Source: Utricularia gibba
Taxonomy: Eukaryota; Plantae; Magnoliophyta
Assembly: GCA_002189035.1 (NCBI GenBank)
Contig: NEEC01000020.1
Span: forward strand, 1,674,001-1,738,000
Direction of reading: 5' to 3'
DNA length: 64,000 nt
Part shown: positions 35,145-48,839 of the stretch, piece by piece
Layout: every line of letters starts with the position of its first letter
Position numbering within the stretch: the first letter of the stretch is position 1
The notes under the pieces: model-generated
Databases searched by the model: none
What the model was told of the DNA's origin: nothing
Seen by the model: the letters and a program-made list of their open reading frames with translations, nothing else
Made by a program: the position numbers and the translations under genes

Positions 35145-38100
35145 CCTGAAATTTGTGATATCACAAATATTGCAAATGTGCATTTGCTATGGTCTATTTA
35201 TAAAAAAAAAAATTGCGAGCAACACAAATATACATTGCAGTACTTTCATTTTTTTTATAAAAAAAATTAAAATAGCAATCACAAACACTTCAAACGTGCG
35301 TTTGTGATGCTTGCCTATTTATCAAAAAAAAGGTGCAGGCATCACAAGTGTGTATCGTGGTGCTAATGATTTTTTATAAAAAAAACTAAAAAAAAATCGC
35401 AAGTATCAAAATTGAGTGTTTTAGGTGCCTGCTTTTTTATAAAAAAGAAAATCCAAGCAATGCAAATGCATCTTTGCTGTGCTTACCCATCTATTAGAAA
35501 AATGCAAGCAATAATTTTTTTTAATAACTAATCAAGGAAACCATCTTTGTAATATGTAATAAGGTTCAAGTCATGCGATTTAATGAAATCCGTACTACCC
35601 GACTTGTTTGTTTTAAAAAAAAATTTTATTTAATTTAATTTCTAATTAAAAAATATCACATCAATTTTTATGTAATAAGATTGTATTAGTTTGTTGGGTG
35701 TAAAGGTGAGCCAATTCAAAATATGCTTGTCCTTTGCTTTGGCTTCACGATGGTAAGGCATGAATGTGAAAGTCATGATAACTAGATACTATTAGATTGT
35801 TTAGACGACAAGCGAGATAGTAAGAAACAACAACCCTTACATGTTGGATGAACAAGATATGTCTCTAACAATGGATTTTCATTAAGATTCAAGAAGTTGG
35901 TGAGCGGTCAGATAAAAAGTCCAATGGGCATCATCAATAAAACATTGTGTTATTCTTGAACATTGTTCTCTAACAATGACCTCCCGATTCCATTAATCTG
36001 GCTTTTATTTGGATAAATTTGCAGAAGAAATTAACGATCATTCATGAAAATGACATTGTGTTATTATGAAAAAATGTTATTTATATTTCTATTAAATTTA
36101 CATTCTACTTTTCATACAAAAACATGTTGGTATGAGAAATGTGTTACTCTTCATTTGTTCATGAACTCAGTTTAGCGTGAATTGTTTTCGTCTCTTAAGC
36201 ATGATGGAAGCCGTCTTTTATGACTGAAAGATCACTTAGCAGTTAACAAATTCCCAATCTCTTTTGGTTTCCATAGTTTCTTTAAAAGCCAGCCCACCAC
36301 TCAAGTAAAAAGTTTGTTAGATATGTTGATGTGTTTATTAGTTTCATTTTTGTTTACCTTTGTATGCGTTTATTAGCTTCATGGATTGCACTAAACTGCA
36401 TGCCCTCATTTTCTGAAATAAGTAATCTATTGGCCCTAATGCATTGCGTTGGCAAATGTGATAACCAAATCCAAACAATTACATTCTTCTTTTCCCTTAT
36501 AATTAAATGGAAAACTTCAAATATTTCATCGAACCTTTTTCAAATATTTTTCTTGTAAATCAACATGGTGATTTATCAATTTTTTTTTGAAAAATACATT
36601 AGGGCGCAATAAACACCATGACCCCAATATCTCAAATTAAAAATATCACAACAAATGTGCATTGGAAGGGTGTTCCCAATTCTTTTTACAAAAATTACGA
36701 TGCGGTGATTATGTTTTTTTATAAGAAAATTTAAAAAATTACAAGCACTGCAAATGTATGTTTGTGGTGCTTATCCATTTAAAAAAAATTGCAAAAACTT
36801 CAAATGTGCATTGCGGTGCTTATGCTTTTTTATTAAAAAAAAATTAAAATATCATATACAATGCAAATGTACATTTTCAATGCTTGCCCATTTATAAAAA
36901 ATAATTATTTTTTTTAAAAAAAAAGAATTTGGGGGATTTTCTCAATTTAGTAGCATGACAAGCATTGTAAATATGTGTTGGTGATGCTTATCCATTTATA
37001 AAAAAAAAAAATCAGAAGTACTGCAAATGTGCATTAACCATGCATACACATTTATGAAAAAAACTATTTTTTAAAACAAAATAAGCTGGGATTGTGTAGA
37101 TTGCACTAAGATGCACGATCGTACTCTTCAAATTCTTAATATCATAAATATTGCAAGCACCACAAATATACAATGCAGTGTTTACATCTTTTTATAAAAA
37201 TGTCACAAGCACTTTAAATAGGCATTTGCGATGCGTCCATATTGAAAAAAAAAAAAAGAAAATTGCAAGCACCGCACATGTGTGTTGCTGTGCTTATACT
37301 TTTTATACCTACAAATTTGAAATTATCTAAATCCAAATAATTTAAATCTATGAAAATCTAAATCAACTAATCAAACAAAGCTTAAGGAGTATTTGGGCAA
37401 AATGTAATGTATATTGTTATGAATATATATTATATGCGCATTTTACTTAAAATATGATGGAGAAGAAGTAAAATGAAAAATGAGAAGAAAAGAAGAACAT
37501 TTTCGAAATCTTGGAAGGAAATTTCTTTAACCCATTTCCTTAGGTAATTTATTATTAACCACTTCATTATAGCTTTTTTCACCGTATAGGATTAGATTAT
37601 TCTATATTCCTAACCTATCTAAAAATAAGGCAATGAAAAAAAAGACATTTTATTTATGGGCATTCCGATATTCTGTATATTAACTCATGTTCTATAATTC
37701 CACCTATTATTATTGACTGGAAATTGTGTTAAATACAAGCTTTTTACTCATGATCGTTTCTACAATTGAATCAAATGTCTGTGACTATTGGTGGATGATT
37801 GCACAATCCCAACAATTTTGGTGAATTGATACAAAATAATAAATGTAAAACCCTTGTTTTATAAAACTTAATAAAACAATAACTTTTGGATCTAAAGAAA
37901 TTAGGTTTTTAATTAGTTACTAAAAAAAAGAGGTAGGTAACAAGAATCTTGTTTTCATTTTGATTTAAAATCCATTTCTATGAAAAAATAATGACTGTAA
38001 AATTCTGATATATATAGTACGATAGCAATAATTGTATCTGGATCAATACGGAACATCCCCATCCAATGTCAATTAAAAATTTTAGTTTGGTAGTATAACT

Positions 38101-38499
38101 TCTGTTTGGTGGGTGAACCCAATAAAACCATGAGCTGCATACATTTTTTTTTAAGATTGAATTTACGTGGGTAGGGTCATATATTAGGAAGTTTCACTCT
38201 AATAAAATTTTATAACACAATTTGATTTTTCGCATTCTTTTTTTGTATATCTTTATTCTATATTTTATCGGACTAGTATTTTGTGGCGGCTCACAACTCC
38301 TTAATTATGTTGAGGCTATAAATCTTTTTAATTATTTTCGTGTGATCTTCATAATGTATGAACTGGAACCGGCGAGCTTTCAAGATATATATGCTTAGCT
38401 ACCTCAAACCGATGTTCATCCAACTTAGCTGGATTTATTTACACACTTAACGGTTATAACCCTTAAATATAACATTAAAGCAATAAAGTACAGTTAATT

Positions 38500-41400
38500 C
38501 AAGTGTCTCCAAATGTTTCTTAACATCTTACTGCCTTTTCCAAGTCATGAAAGTCATTCATCTATTGTCCTGATCCGAGGTGTGAAATACTCATAAACTT
38601 GTTGAATACATCATTCATCTAAAAAGCCTTTCTTGTATTGATCATGAACAATGTGAAAACAATATCTATGTGTTTTGTTCTTTCATAAAAAACTGGATTT
38701 GAAGTGAGATAAATAGCAGACTTACTGTCACAATATAAAGGAATTGGAGTGACCAATGGCTGCTGTAAATCCTTCAGAATGTAGTAAATTCACATCAACT
38801 CTATAGCTGTAGCAGCAAGACTTCAGTACCTTACTTCCATGCACGATTTGGAGACAGTTGTTGGCTTCTTGGTTTTCTAAAAAAACAAACGATTACCTAG
38901 GAGTATACAATAACCAGTTATTGATTTCCGAATGATAGCCCATGCCCTCCCAGTTTGCATCACAATAGCTAGTAAGATCCAAGTTCCCATCCACTAGATA
39001 AAAAAGGCCATGAGAAGCTGTTGTGGATAAGTATGCATCAATACGATTGGTAGTTCTCAGATGATCCTTAGAAGGATCTTTCATAAATTGCAAGAGTTTT
39101 TGGACTGCAAATGCAATGTCCGGTCTTGTAAAAACTCAGGTATAATAAGCATCCAATTAATGCATGATAAACATCTGGACTTCGAAGAGAAGAGCTGCTA
39201 TCAAAGAACTTGAAATTACGATGCACTGGTGCAAGTACCTCCTGCTCCCCACAAGTCATGCATATCAATGCTCTGCACAATATCAAGTGTGTATAAATGT
39301 TGTGAAAGACGTAAGTCTTCAGCTGTTGAATCGCACAATATTCTTGATAGTAAACTAATGATGTAGCTGTTGCTTCAATATACTAATAATAGAAAGATTA
39401 GGCGCTATAATGAGAAACTCGTCTATATAAATCAGCAAGGTAAAGAAACTGTCTGATGAATCCAAACAAAAAGATAAGAATCAGATGGATATTGAACAAA
39501 ACAAACCGTATGAAGAAAGTGTTTGAGCTCTATGTTCCACTGTCGGAAAGCTTTTTTAAGGTCATATAAAGATCACTGCAGCTTACAAACTTGTCCACAT
39601 TCAGCAACATATCAAGGGGTGATTCCATGTAGATTTCTTCATCAAAATAGCCATGTAAAAAGGCATTGTTAATATCAATTTGATGGATATGCCTGTTTGG
39701 CACTCACAGCTAACAAGATTTGGATAGTAGAAACCTTAGCCATTGGTGCGAATCAGTCTGTAAAATCAACTGCTTCAACTTGAGTATAGCCTTTGGCTAC
39801 AAGTCTTGCTTTATGGCATGCAATAGAATCAGCTGCATTTCTCTTGACTTTGTAAACCCATTTGCATTGAATGGAGCATTTCGCTTTAGGTAAATGCACA
39901 AGCATCCAAGTGTGGTTATTGAGAAGAGCTTGTAATTTTCATGACATCCTTACCTTCCATACCCAAATTCCTTTAGCCTACTCATATGTAGTAGGCTCAT
40001 TTAATGAGAATACTGACTCAAGAGATGCAATATCGATAAAGTGAACCTGAAGGGTGACATAATCCTTCATCTACTTAGGTGGATTAATTATCAGAGAACT
40101 ATGTCACCTTACCCTCCCCCCCCCCCCCAGGTCATATGATGGAACTAGATTGAGGTGAAAAAACATAAACATCAACACTGACTAGTTCAAGGGAGTTAGT
40201 AACAGAAAGCTGCCCCATCAGAGATCAGATAAGGTGTTTCATCAACTTGAACATCCATAGAGCATTAAAGGCTTGATGACGAGTATGGATAGGGTAGGGG
40301 GAGGAACTCTGCATCATTATAAGAAATGAGAGATGGCATGAAAATATCCATTTTAGGTCATAATCAATAAGGACTTTCAAGGGAAATATATGCACAAAAA
40401 ATTTGACATCCCATTTGATGTACACTTCCTTTGAAACCAGATTTTATCATTTGTAGTTTTTATGGTTCATAGGATAACCAAGGAAAACATATTTTCATGC
40501 TCATGGTGCTAGTTTGACAGCCTGTGAATCAGAAATGACTACAAATCAAAGATAGCCGAACACCTTCAAATGTTCCAAAGTAGGTGTCCCATAAGTTTAG
40601 TGAAAGGAGAATCCCAATTTAATATTGTATTTGGAAGCTGATTTATCAGATGACTAGCGGCAAGAATAGCATCTCCTAAGAAAGATTTCGATAGTCCTCA
40701 TTAGAACATTAAAGCATGTGTAACTTCGAATAAATGTTTATGCTTGTATTCAACTCTTCGATTTTTATGTGCTATGTTGGTACAAGTCTATTGATGCAAA
40801 ATGCCTTGTTCAATATGAAGCGATTGCATTTCATTAAGGAAATCCCCACCTTTATTACTGTGGATTTGTTTTACCACGTCCTCAAACTACTATGAAGATA
40901 ATGAAATAGTTTGATTGTATGAATTGTGACTTCGGATTTGTATTTCATCAAGGTCTATGTGCTATGGGTATGATCATAAAGAACCATAAAAAAATACATT
41001 GTTCATTGAATTTTGTCAATGGTGTAGGATCACCATAGATCACAATGAATAAGATAAAATTTGTAGAGAGCAGCTGAGTTACTTAAAGAAAAAAAAAATG
41101 TAATATGAAATTTTGATAATTCACAAATGTCACATGGGTTGTCTTGAAGGCCACAAGATACATTTATATGCTTTGCCTTGGAATCAGAAATGTGACCAAG
41201 AACAATTCCATAGCAAAAGATTCATCAATGTTCTAATATAACCACAATACAAAGAAAGTTTCATCCACATGAGATCAAACAAAATGCCAAAAGAAGAATC
41301 ACCATCTCTCATGAGTGCTTTGGATACAACAGTAGTGAAGTATAGTAGCTAAGATCTATTATCCATAATACAAAGTCCATCATGAATTTTCCCAACTCCT

Positions 41401-41850
41401 ACCACCATATGGGATTCCTAGTTCTGCAGAATCCAGTCATTATCAAACAATCGAAAAGAAACTTTCATGTCAATGGCCATCTTATGTACAGAAAACAAGT
41501 TAAATTTAAAATAGGGAACATAGAGAGCTCTTTGTAGTTACATATTATCTTTGAAGGTAATGCTGCCAAGACCAACAACACTAGCCAAAGAGCTATCTCA
41601 CATGGAAACAACTTTCAGTATTACCAGCTATACGCATCAATCAGGATGTTGCATGAGTTGGACAAACTACTGCCAACCATTAGAGTGGTCAACTTGATCA
41701 GCTTTAGTTTCGTGGGTTTTGTAATGTAGTTAAGATCAGAAGCAGTCTCATTATATTCTATTTTCATGTGAAGTATGTTACCTTTTGTGTCTAAAAAAAC
41801 TACTATCCACACCTTTGTTATCATCCTTCTTCTTGCAATAAATTTGTTCT
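38500..41850 (-). mobile_element. Degraded Ty1/copia internal region (pre-INT, INT, RT, RNaseH)
   Basis: PIPLYCDSKSAIYLTSNPVFYERTKHIDIV (~38750-38660); CKWVYKVKRN...HKARLVAKGYTQ; INNAFLHGYFDEEIYME. Confidence 0.85.
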
Positions 41851-41859
41851 CCATTCAGC

Positions 41860-44330
41860 TATACTATTGAACCCAAACCCTCATTTTGCTACTTTGTTTC
41901 GTGCACAATTGTTGTGAGAGTTCATCCTTTTGTTGTCTATCAAGTGTATCAGATCAAGGTTCAGTATGAATGCAAATCAATCTAGTACTATGTTATTTGG
42001 GCTACCCAAACGAAAGCATAACTCCAAGCGATGAAGCTTGGGAAATGGACTGGTGCAAATGGAGTAGCTCCATAGCAATGCCTCACTCAAAAGAGTGAAA
42101 AGTGTTGAAGAATTACAAGACAGAAAAGGGAAAGCAAAAGTGATACTTTATTCTTATATGGATAAACCTATTATTTCATGAGCTTTAGCTTACAATTTTA
42201 ATAAAGATATAGGGGAAACACTTTGAACTGAGTTTGAAAGGACTGAGCAACCCAAGGAAATACGTATTGCAAATCTTAAGATAGAGTATGAGAGCTTGTG
42301 AATGCTCCCATCTGAAATCATAAAAACATACATTGATTGGTTATGAAAGTATTCCCTCAATTGTAGATGCTTGGAGTTCGAAAAACTAATTTCACAATGA
42401 CAAAGAAGATCATGCACACCATTTTGTCTAGCTTTAAACCAAATATCTCATCTATAGAGTGTTGGACTGCTGCGCAAGAACAAGTCATGGAGCGAGCACT
42501 AGCTACACTCAATTTCGAAATGCAAGAAAAAAAATATGTTGAAGGATGAAAAGGAGAAAAAGGAAAACAAAAAAGGGAAGGGAAAATGAAAGTTCTCTCC
42601 TAGAAAACATTGCAAGAGAACATAACATATTAAAGGCATATGCTATTGGTGACCAGATGCACAATACTGCAAATGTAGCCAATTGGGTCATGTTGACAAG
42701 GTATGCAAACAAAAGAAGAAAGCTCAATCGAATGTTTTAGTTGTTGAGATAGTTCAAAACAAGCAAGTAGAGACATTGTTTACTGCTTGTTTGCTTAACT
42801 ATATAAACTTCTATAGTATTGAAGAACATGAGTCTCTATGTGCAGCAACAATGTTGGATACATGTTCTACTTCAAATATAGGATGATTGGTAGACTTTGG
42901 TTGTTTTGCTCACATGATTGGTGATTAAAGGTACTTTGAGATGTTAGATTATTCAAATACAACAAGTTTGAGACTTGGAAATGATGAGCTCCCAGATCTT
43001 ATTGGTAAAGGAACAATTATGGTGCACACTCCTCTAGGGTTAAAGCATTTGAAGAATATTTACCAAGTTCCAAAGCTGAGCATCAATTTTGTAAGTGTGA
43101 AGAAGTTAGATGATAGAGGATAATTTATCGCATTTGGAAGGAGAATTTGTATAATTTTGCATCCAAACGGTGATGTCATCTCCAGAACACTAGGAACTAG
43201 AGAAACCTACTTCTTACCTTGGATCTTAGTTTCACAGGAGTCTAAAATACTGCAAGGCTCAATCAACATGTGAGATGTCATAAAATATTAGGATATGCCA
43301 GCTCCCAAGTCCTATAATCCATGAGTAAAGGTGGAGTTTGTAGAGAATTACTAATACTAAGGTACCCATAGAAATAAAGTGTTCAATGTCTACAAGGCAA
43401 AATGAAGCAACTAGCATTTCCTCAACAAGCATGTTTTTGAGCAAAGAGACTTCTAGAATTAGTGCATTTTGATGTTTGTAGGCCAATGAGTGTTCAATCA
43501 CTTGAAGGAAGCAGTTACTTTGTTAGCTTTATTGATGATGAATCATTCTACTATTGAGTGTTTTTTCTAAAGTGCAAGTTACAAGCCTTCGAGCACTTCA
43601 TCACCTTGAAGGCCTCTATTGAGAGAGCTTAAGACGAAAAGATAAAATGCATTTGTATAGATAATGAAGGAGAATTCAACTCCTTGATATTCAAGGAAGA
43701 ATTGAGAAGAGAAGACATTAAATATCACAAAATGGTGGTTTACTCACCATCATAGAATGCCACAATTATCGCCATGGTTGGATGCCTTTACTTGGAAAAA
43801 AAGTTGCCTAAGCACTTCTAGAGTAAAGCAGTTGCAACCACTATATACATCTAGAACAAGTTACTCACTTGTAGCTTGGAAGGTGTAACGTCATATGAAG
43901 CATGGAATGGCAAATCACCAAACCTCGAACATTTAATGTATTCGGATATTTATTAGATTTTCTAAAGAAACAAAAAGTTGTAGAGTCTATAATCCACAAA
44001 ACAAGAAAATAAGTGTGACTAGAAGCCTATGGATTGACAAAGATGATCAATGAGATTGGGATAATAACATGCTTGCTTCACACGTATCTAGTACAATAGT
44101 AAAAGTAAGATCTTGTATTGCATTAGATTTTCTTCTAGCTGACTTAGATGAAAATGCTTGTCCTGTGGAAATCCTAGAGATCCCCGAAGTCAATGGTGGT
44201 CTCAACCCTTGGAGTGATGATGGTATGGATGGTAGTAGTTAAGTCAACACTCCATCCAAACCCACAAATGAAAGTAATCATGATTATGCAGCATCATCTG
44301 AGACACCTCGCCTCAAAAACAGATGTCTAG
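41860..44330 (+). mobile_element. Degraded Ty1/copia 5' half (LTR end, PBS, gag, protease, integrase); RT absent
   Basis: CTATCA followed by degenerate Met-i PBS AGTGTATCAGATC at ~41944. Integrase [25 protein letters not shown] and CICIDNEGEFNS. Confidence 0.8.
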
Positions 44331-46899
44331 TAGATTTGTACTCTTTAATTGTCTGGCAACTACAAGCGTTGTCGGGTTTCCGTAAGGTTTTGCTATTTTT
44401 TAAGAGCAATGTTAAGTTTTGGGTTCAATTCCTTTTGCCACATTCACCTAAATGTCTTTGAAACTCAAAACATATACTCATGAAAGGTCCCTATCTAGTA
44501 GCTAAATATGAGAGAAAACTGGTGAAGTCACTCAATAAAAGGATTATAGAATTGACGGATGACATATATAGAGTAGGTGTAGTCAAAATACATCATGCAC
44601 TTTTCTTTGATATTGTAACCCATGAATTTGTGTATATAATTAGGTTTGATTTATTTAAAAAGTTATTGCTAGACTTATGGAACACATTAAAAAAGATAGT
44701 GTGGAATGAATTAAAAATTTAGCTAATATTTACACACAAAAATACAAAAAAATTTAAAATTACTAAAATTTTAAATATCATAAATAAAATAATTGATTTT
44801 AGTACTAAGTATATTAATTTTATAATAAAAACACTAATAAAATATGTGTTATCATACGATAAAAAATGCGAAAATATATATTTTTGTCCTAAGATATGTA
44901 AAAAATTTTATGTATGAATTCAATATATGAGAAATTCAACATCAATTTGCATTAAATTCTTCTTGATTATAACCATGTAGGGATGAATTTGAAATTTTGG
45001 AAACGAAAGTGATAGGAATGGATGGGATACATACTTTTAAATAATGGTAAATGATGATTTTGTAGATGAATACTTTTAAATAATGGATGTTCATAAATTT
45101 GCTGTAAAGATGAATATTCCCCAAATCACGTAGTAGTATGATATGTCATTCTGTTGTAAAGCATCAATGATGTCTGCAGTTGAAATGTCATTTTTGTATT
45201 TTTGAAGTTGAGATACATATTAGAAGGTATGCATCATTATCAGCATCTAGAAAATATGTGCATGTTTTCTATCAAGTATTTTCCAGATACCTATATCAAT
45301 TGTTGTCACATTATTGGAAAATACAATATATATTTTATATTAAAGGTTTTCCAAGCATTTGTCAAATATTAAAAGCAATGATCAATGATATCAAATTTTG
45401 ACTACTAAAAGTCATGATTATTGTAATTGAACCGATATACAATTTCAATTAAAGTAGATGATACAAAAAACCATGGTCATGGCTAGAGACAAGTTGGTTA
45501 CCTTTAAGAAGTTAAATCATAAAGAATCATAATTATTAGTTTAATTGTATAGTTAAAAAAACTAAGATTGAAATTATACCATTTCAGAACTTGTGAGTGA
45601 AATTTGTATAATATAAATTTTTATTAGTTATGATTATAATTAGTAGACTTCAATTGTATAAGTTATAATAATGTTGTATGGTAAAAATTGCTAAATCATT
45701 AAATCACGTGACTATTTCCTATGGTGAACAGTAAAATTTTGACCACCCACATAGAGATGGTATACAAGGTTCATAACTACTCCTCTTACCACAAATAGTT
45801 GACCTAGCCAACACTTGGATCTCAGGATGTGGCTTTACCCAATCTTAAACAAGCACGTATCGCATCGCTGAATACGATGTACAGAATGAGATATTTATTC
45901 GAAACTAAGCAACTCAATGAAACAGTCGATTACAAGGCTATTTAACAGAAGACAATTAAGATCCCTCATGAAGTAACCCGTGCACGCCACAGTGGTGTAG
46001 CAACAACTCAGCAAGGCTATCCTGTTGTAGCAGCATGCGTCTTTACTTGTCTAGTTCGCCCTAGCATTCCCCACTTGTATGATTGTAGTTGTGCAGTTTT
46101 TGGGTATCAAACAGGCCTCCTTAGAAGATAGTTTTAATGTGGTTTGATTTCAGCTCTTTTGCATTCAATTTCACTACAACACCCGTTACTCTAAGTAATT
46201 GTCTGCCCCTTCCAAGTGTGAATAGTATGTTGTGTATGGCCATGCCTAAGGGCATATTGGTTGAAGTATTTTGATCAATCAAACCTTCTTCCAAATCTGC
46301 GTGCTTGTTTTGTGGTTGAGATTAATTTACATCAAAATTAGTGGTTTAAAAAATATTTGTAATTGAGGATTATTTATCAAGTGTTTGGTAGAAATGTTTA
46401 TAATTGGATTTTATGCAATATAAATACTGCTTATTTGTTCTTCCATCCAAGTATTTTTATATCAAGTATATTTATTTTTTCATAACAACCTAATACTTTT
46501 ATCTGTAAATACTACATATTTATTCTTCCATCTAATTTCTAATCTCATTAATGATGCAATGTGATAACGTACATTTTCTTAGTGCTGTCATTCTATAAAA
46601 TTACAATGTTTAGCATTGAAAGTAGATGTTTTATTTATGATTTTTAATATTTTGAAATTTTTAATATTATTTATATTTTTATGTATATGGACTAAATCAT
46701 CATTTAATATATATTATATTTTCTAATATTTTTCTTGCCTAGCAGAAAATTCTTCAATAAATTAAGCATGATTTTGATGAGAACAAAATCGATGGTATGT
46801 AATATGAGAGAAAACATAAAGTAAAAAATGGCCAAGACAATTTACTTTAATCCAAAAGTAAAATCAGCAATAAATAGAGAAAAAATGATCGATTGTCAA

Positions 46900-47414
46900 A
46901 AAGTAAATGATTATCAACAGCCGAGAAGGAAAAAAAAAGAGAATTATTAAGGGAATTAGACATGGAAGAGTAGTGAGAGGGGAAAACTTCGAATCAAATC
47001 CTTCAAAGAGAGGAGAGGACCCAGAACGAAGAAAATGAAAGAAATACTACCAATCGAAAACTCCGATGTATTCCAGGAACAGCACTCCTGGCTAAGAGAA
47101 GAGATATAGACGATTACCAAGTTGCACTTGTGCTGAACTATAGACGATTACCTCAAAGATGGGGGAAAAGGATTGGATGATCAAGGAAAAACCAAGTCAT
47201 TGCAGGGGAAATCATCCTAGGAATGCCATTATCATTGACTACCATGCAGTCTTTTGAGATGTCTGACACTATTTGCAATATCTTGGTAAAGCTTAACTAC
47301 TTTCTTGCCTCAGCCGAGTGTGTGGAAATTCACTGCAACTTAGGAAAGGAAGCAAGAAATGAGGCGTATGGAATGCATCTGCTTTTAATACTCATGCTTC
47401 GTTTTCTTAAATAA
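46900..47414 (+). mobile_element. Possible LINE ORF1 remnant
   Basis: Purine-rich stretch followed by MPLSLTTMQSFEMSDTICNILVKLNYF, loosely like plant L1 ORF1 LPL.LW....F..IG...G....D. The evidence is weak. Confidence 0.3.
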
Positions 47415-48839
47415 ATTCAAAATTTCTGAAACTGGATGTGTCCGTTTTTACTATATGAGTTATTTCATTAAGTTGATATCAAATGTGTTGTTATTTTGAG
47501 CAACTGCGTGATTTCAGTTAGTAGCTTGAAACAGCAGAGGAACTCCAGAAGCAGACCAATGAAAAAATTCATTAGTCTTTATTCTTCACGTTTGTTAGCA
47601 TTCTAGCGTTGGTAATCTTTTTCTAAACTTGTCTTTCAGAATCATTTATTGTGTTGACTGAAAAGGAATAAAAACATACAAAAGCAAAAAGCCACAGGCT
47701 CGGTTGATAAACTTCAACAATATGATGATGAACGTTTGAAAAAATGATGAGGATATTACATAAATGAATATTTTGGATAACAAAAGCATTGCTCTTGGAT
47801 CAATGATAAAAAGTAAGAATAAAAAGAATGAAGCTATATTTAAATTTCTATTTAATAATATTGGGTTAGAAGTTGGGTTTAGAATCTTATCATAAAAAAA
47901 GTTCAATTACTTAAAAGTGTATCTATTTTAGAGTTCAAAATGTGTTTTCATATTTGATGTATACTATTGGATTTGATAGAATTTCCTTTTATTTGGTTTG
48001 ATCTTAATAATATTATAATCGAATTCTAAATTAAAAATACTCTATAGATATACTTTTTGAAGAATCTTTAGTTTTTATGAATTTTATGAAAAATTTTCTC
48101 TTATTTGAATACTTAAATATTTTTGACTATCAAACTCTTAAGTTTGTGTTGTCTAAGAATTACGATTTCCAATTCATTATCATCTAAAATATGGCTCCTA
48201 ATTTTTTCATTTAATTCATAGTTTTGTTGCAAGAAATTCATTCTTTTAAAGTTAACTTCGATAGATTTCATTATAAAGGCTAAATTTTTGCATGTTTGTG
48301 GATTAATAATCTCTTTAAATTAGAGTATCATATCATTTGATATCAAAGGTTTGAGGTTACTTCTCTTTATCATTATCTTGTTCATTTTTTATATTAATTT
48401 TAATTATGTTCCTCCAACTTATTCCAAAAAAACCACATCCGTAGAATCCATTATAACCAAGGACGTGGCATAGTCCGTACTTTCCAGAATGGGCGTGGCT
48501 TATTGATTGTTACCGGCAAGTTGTGCTTTCAATACAAATAATATAAAAAAAATATAGTTTTATGCATAAAACTAATAAAGATTAGTTTTTAATAGATTAG
48601 AATATCAATAACTAAATAATTGAAAATATTATGAAAATTTATTCAATTGCAATGTTAGTAAAACAATATCACACATTGAAATGCCGATCTTTATAAATAC
48701 ATATTTTTTAAATTTTTTGAAAATTTAACATATTAAAATTTAAAAAAGTATAAATTTTAGAACCAACCAAAAAAATGATGAATATAAATATAACATAGCA
48801 TAAATACCAAAAGAGGAAAATCATTTACATTAACCAGGG

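Larger units (their letters stand above)
28190..37310. repeat. Higher-order repeat: four partial copies of a ~1.6-2 kb unit containing arrays of ~29-bp palindromic monomers
   Basis: The unit head CATTCTT..CCCTT.TAATTAAATGG recurs at ~28210, ~29840 and ~36485. A unique block (TTAAGATT.AAG...TATT.TTGAACA) recurs at ~29290, ~31520 and ~35885. Monomer consensus AAGCACYRCAAATGTGCATTGYRGTGCTT. Confidence 0.85.

Noticed and set aside
28330-37310. CRISPR-like appearance (palindromic repeats with spacers)
   Set aside because: The context is eukaryotic, there are no cas genes, the repeats are degenerate, and the spacers are low-complexity and recur between unit copies.
40093-40108. Poly-C run (possible G-quadruplex on the minus strand)
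   Set aside because: It is a simple homopolymer expansion inside a dead copia element.
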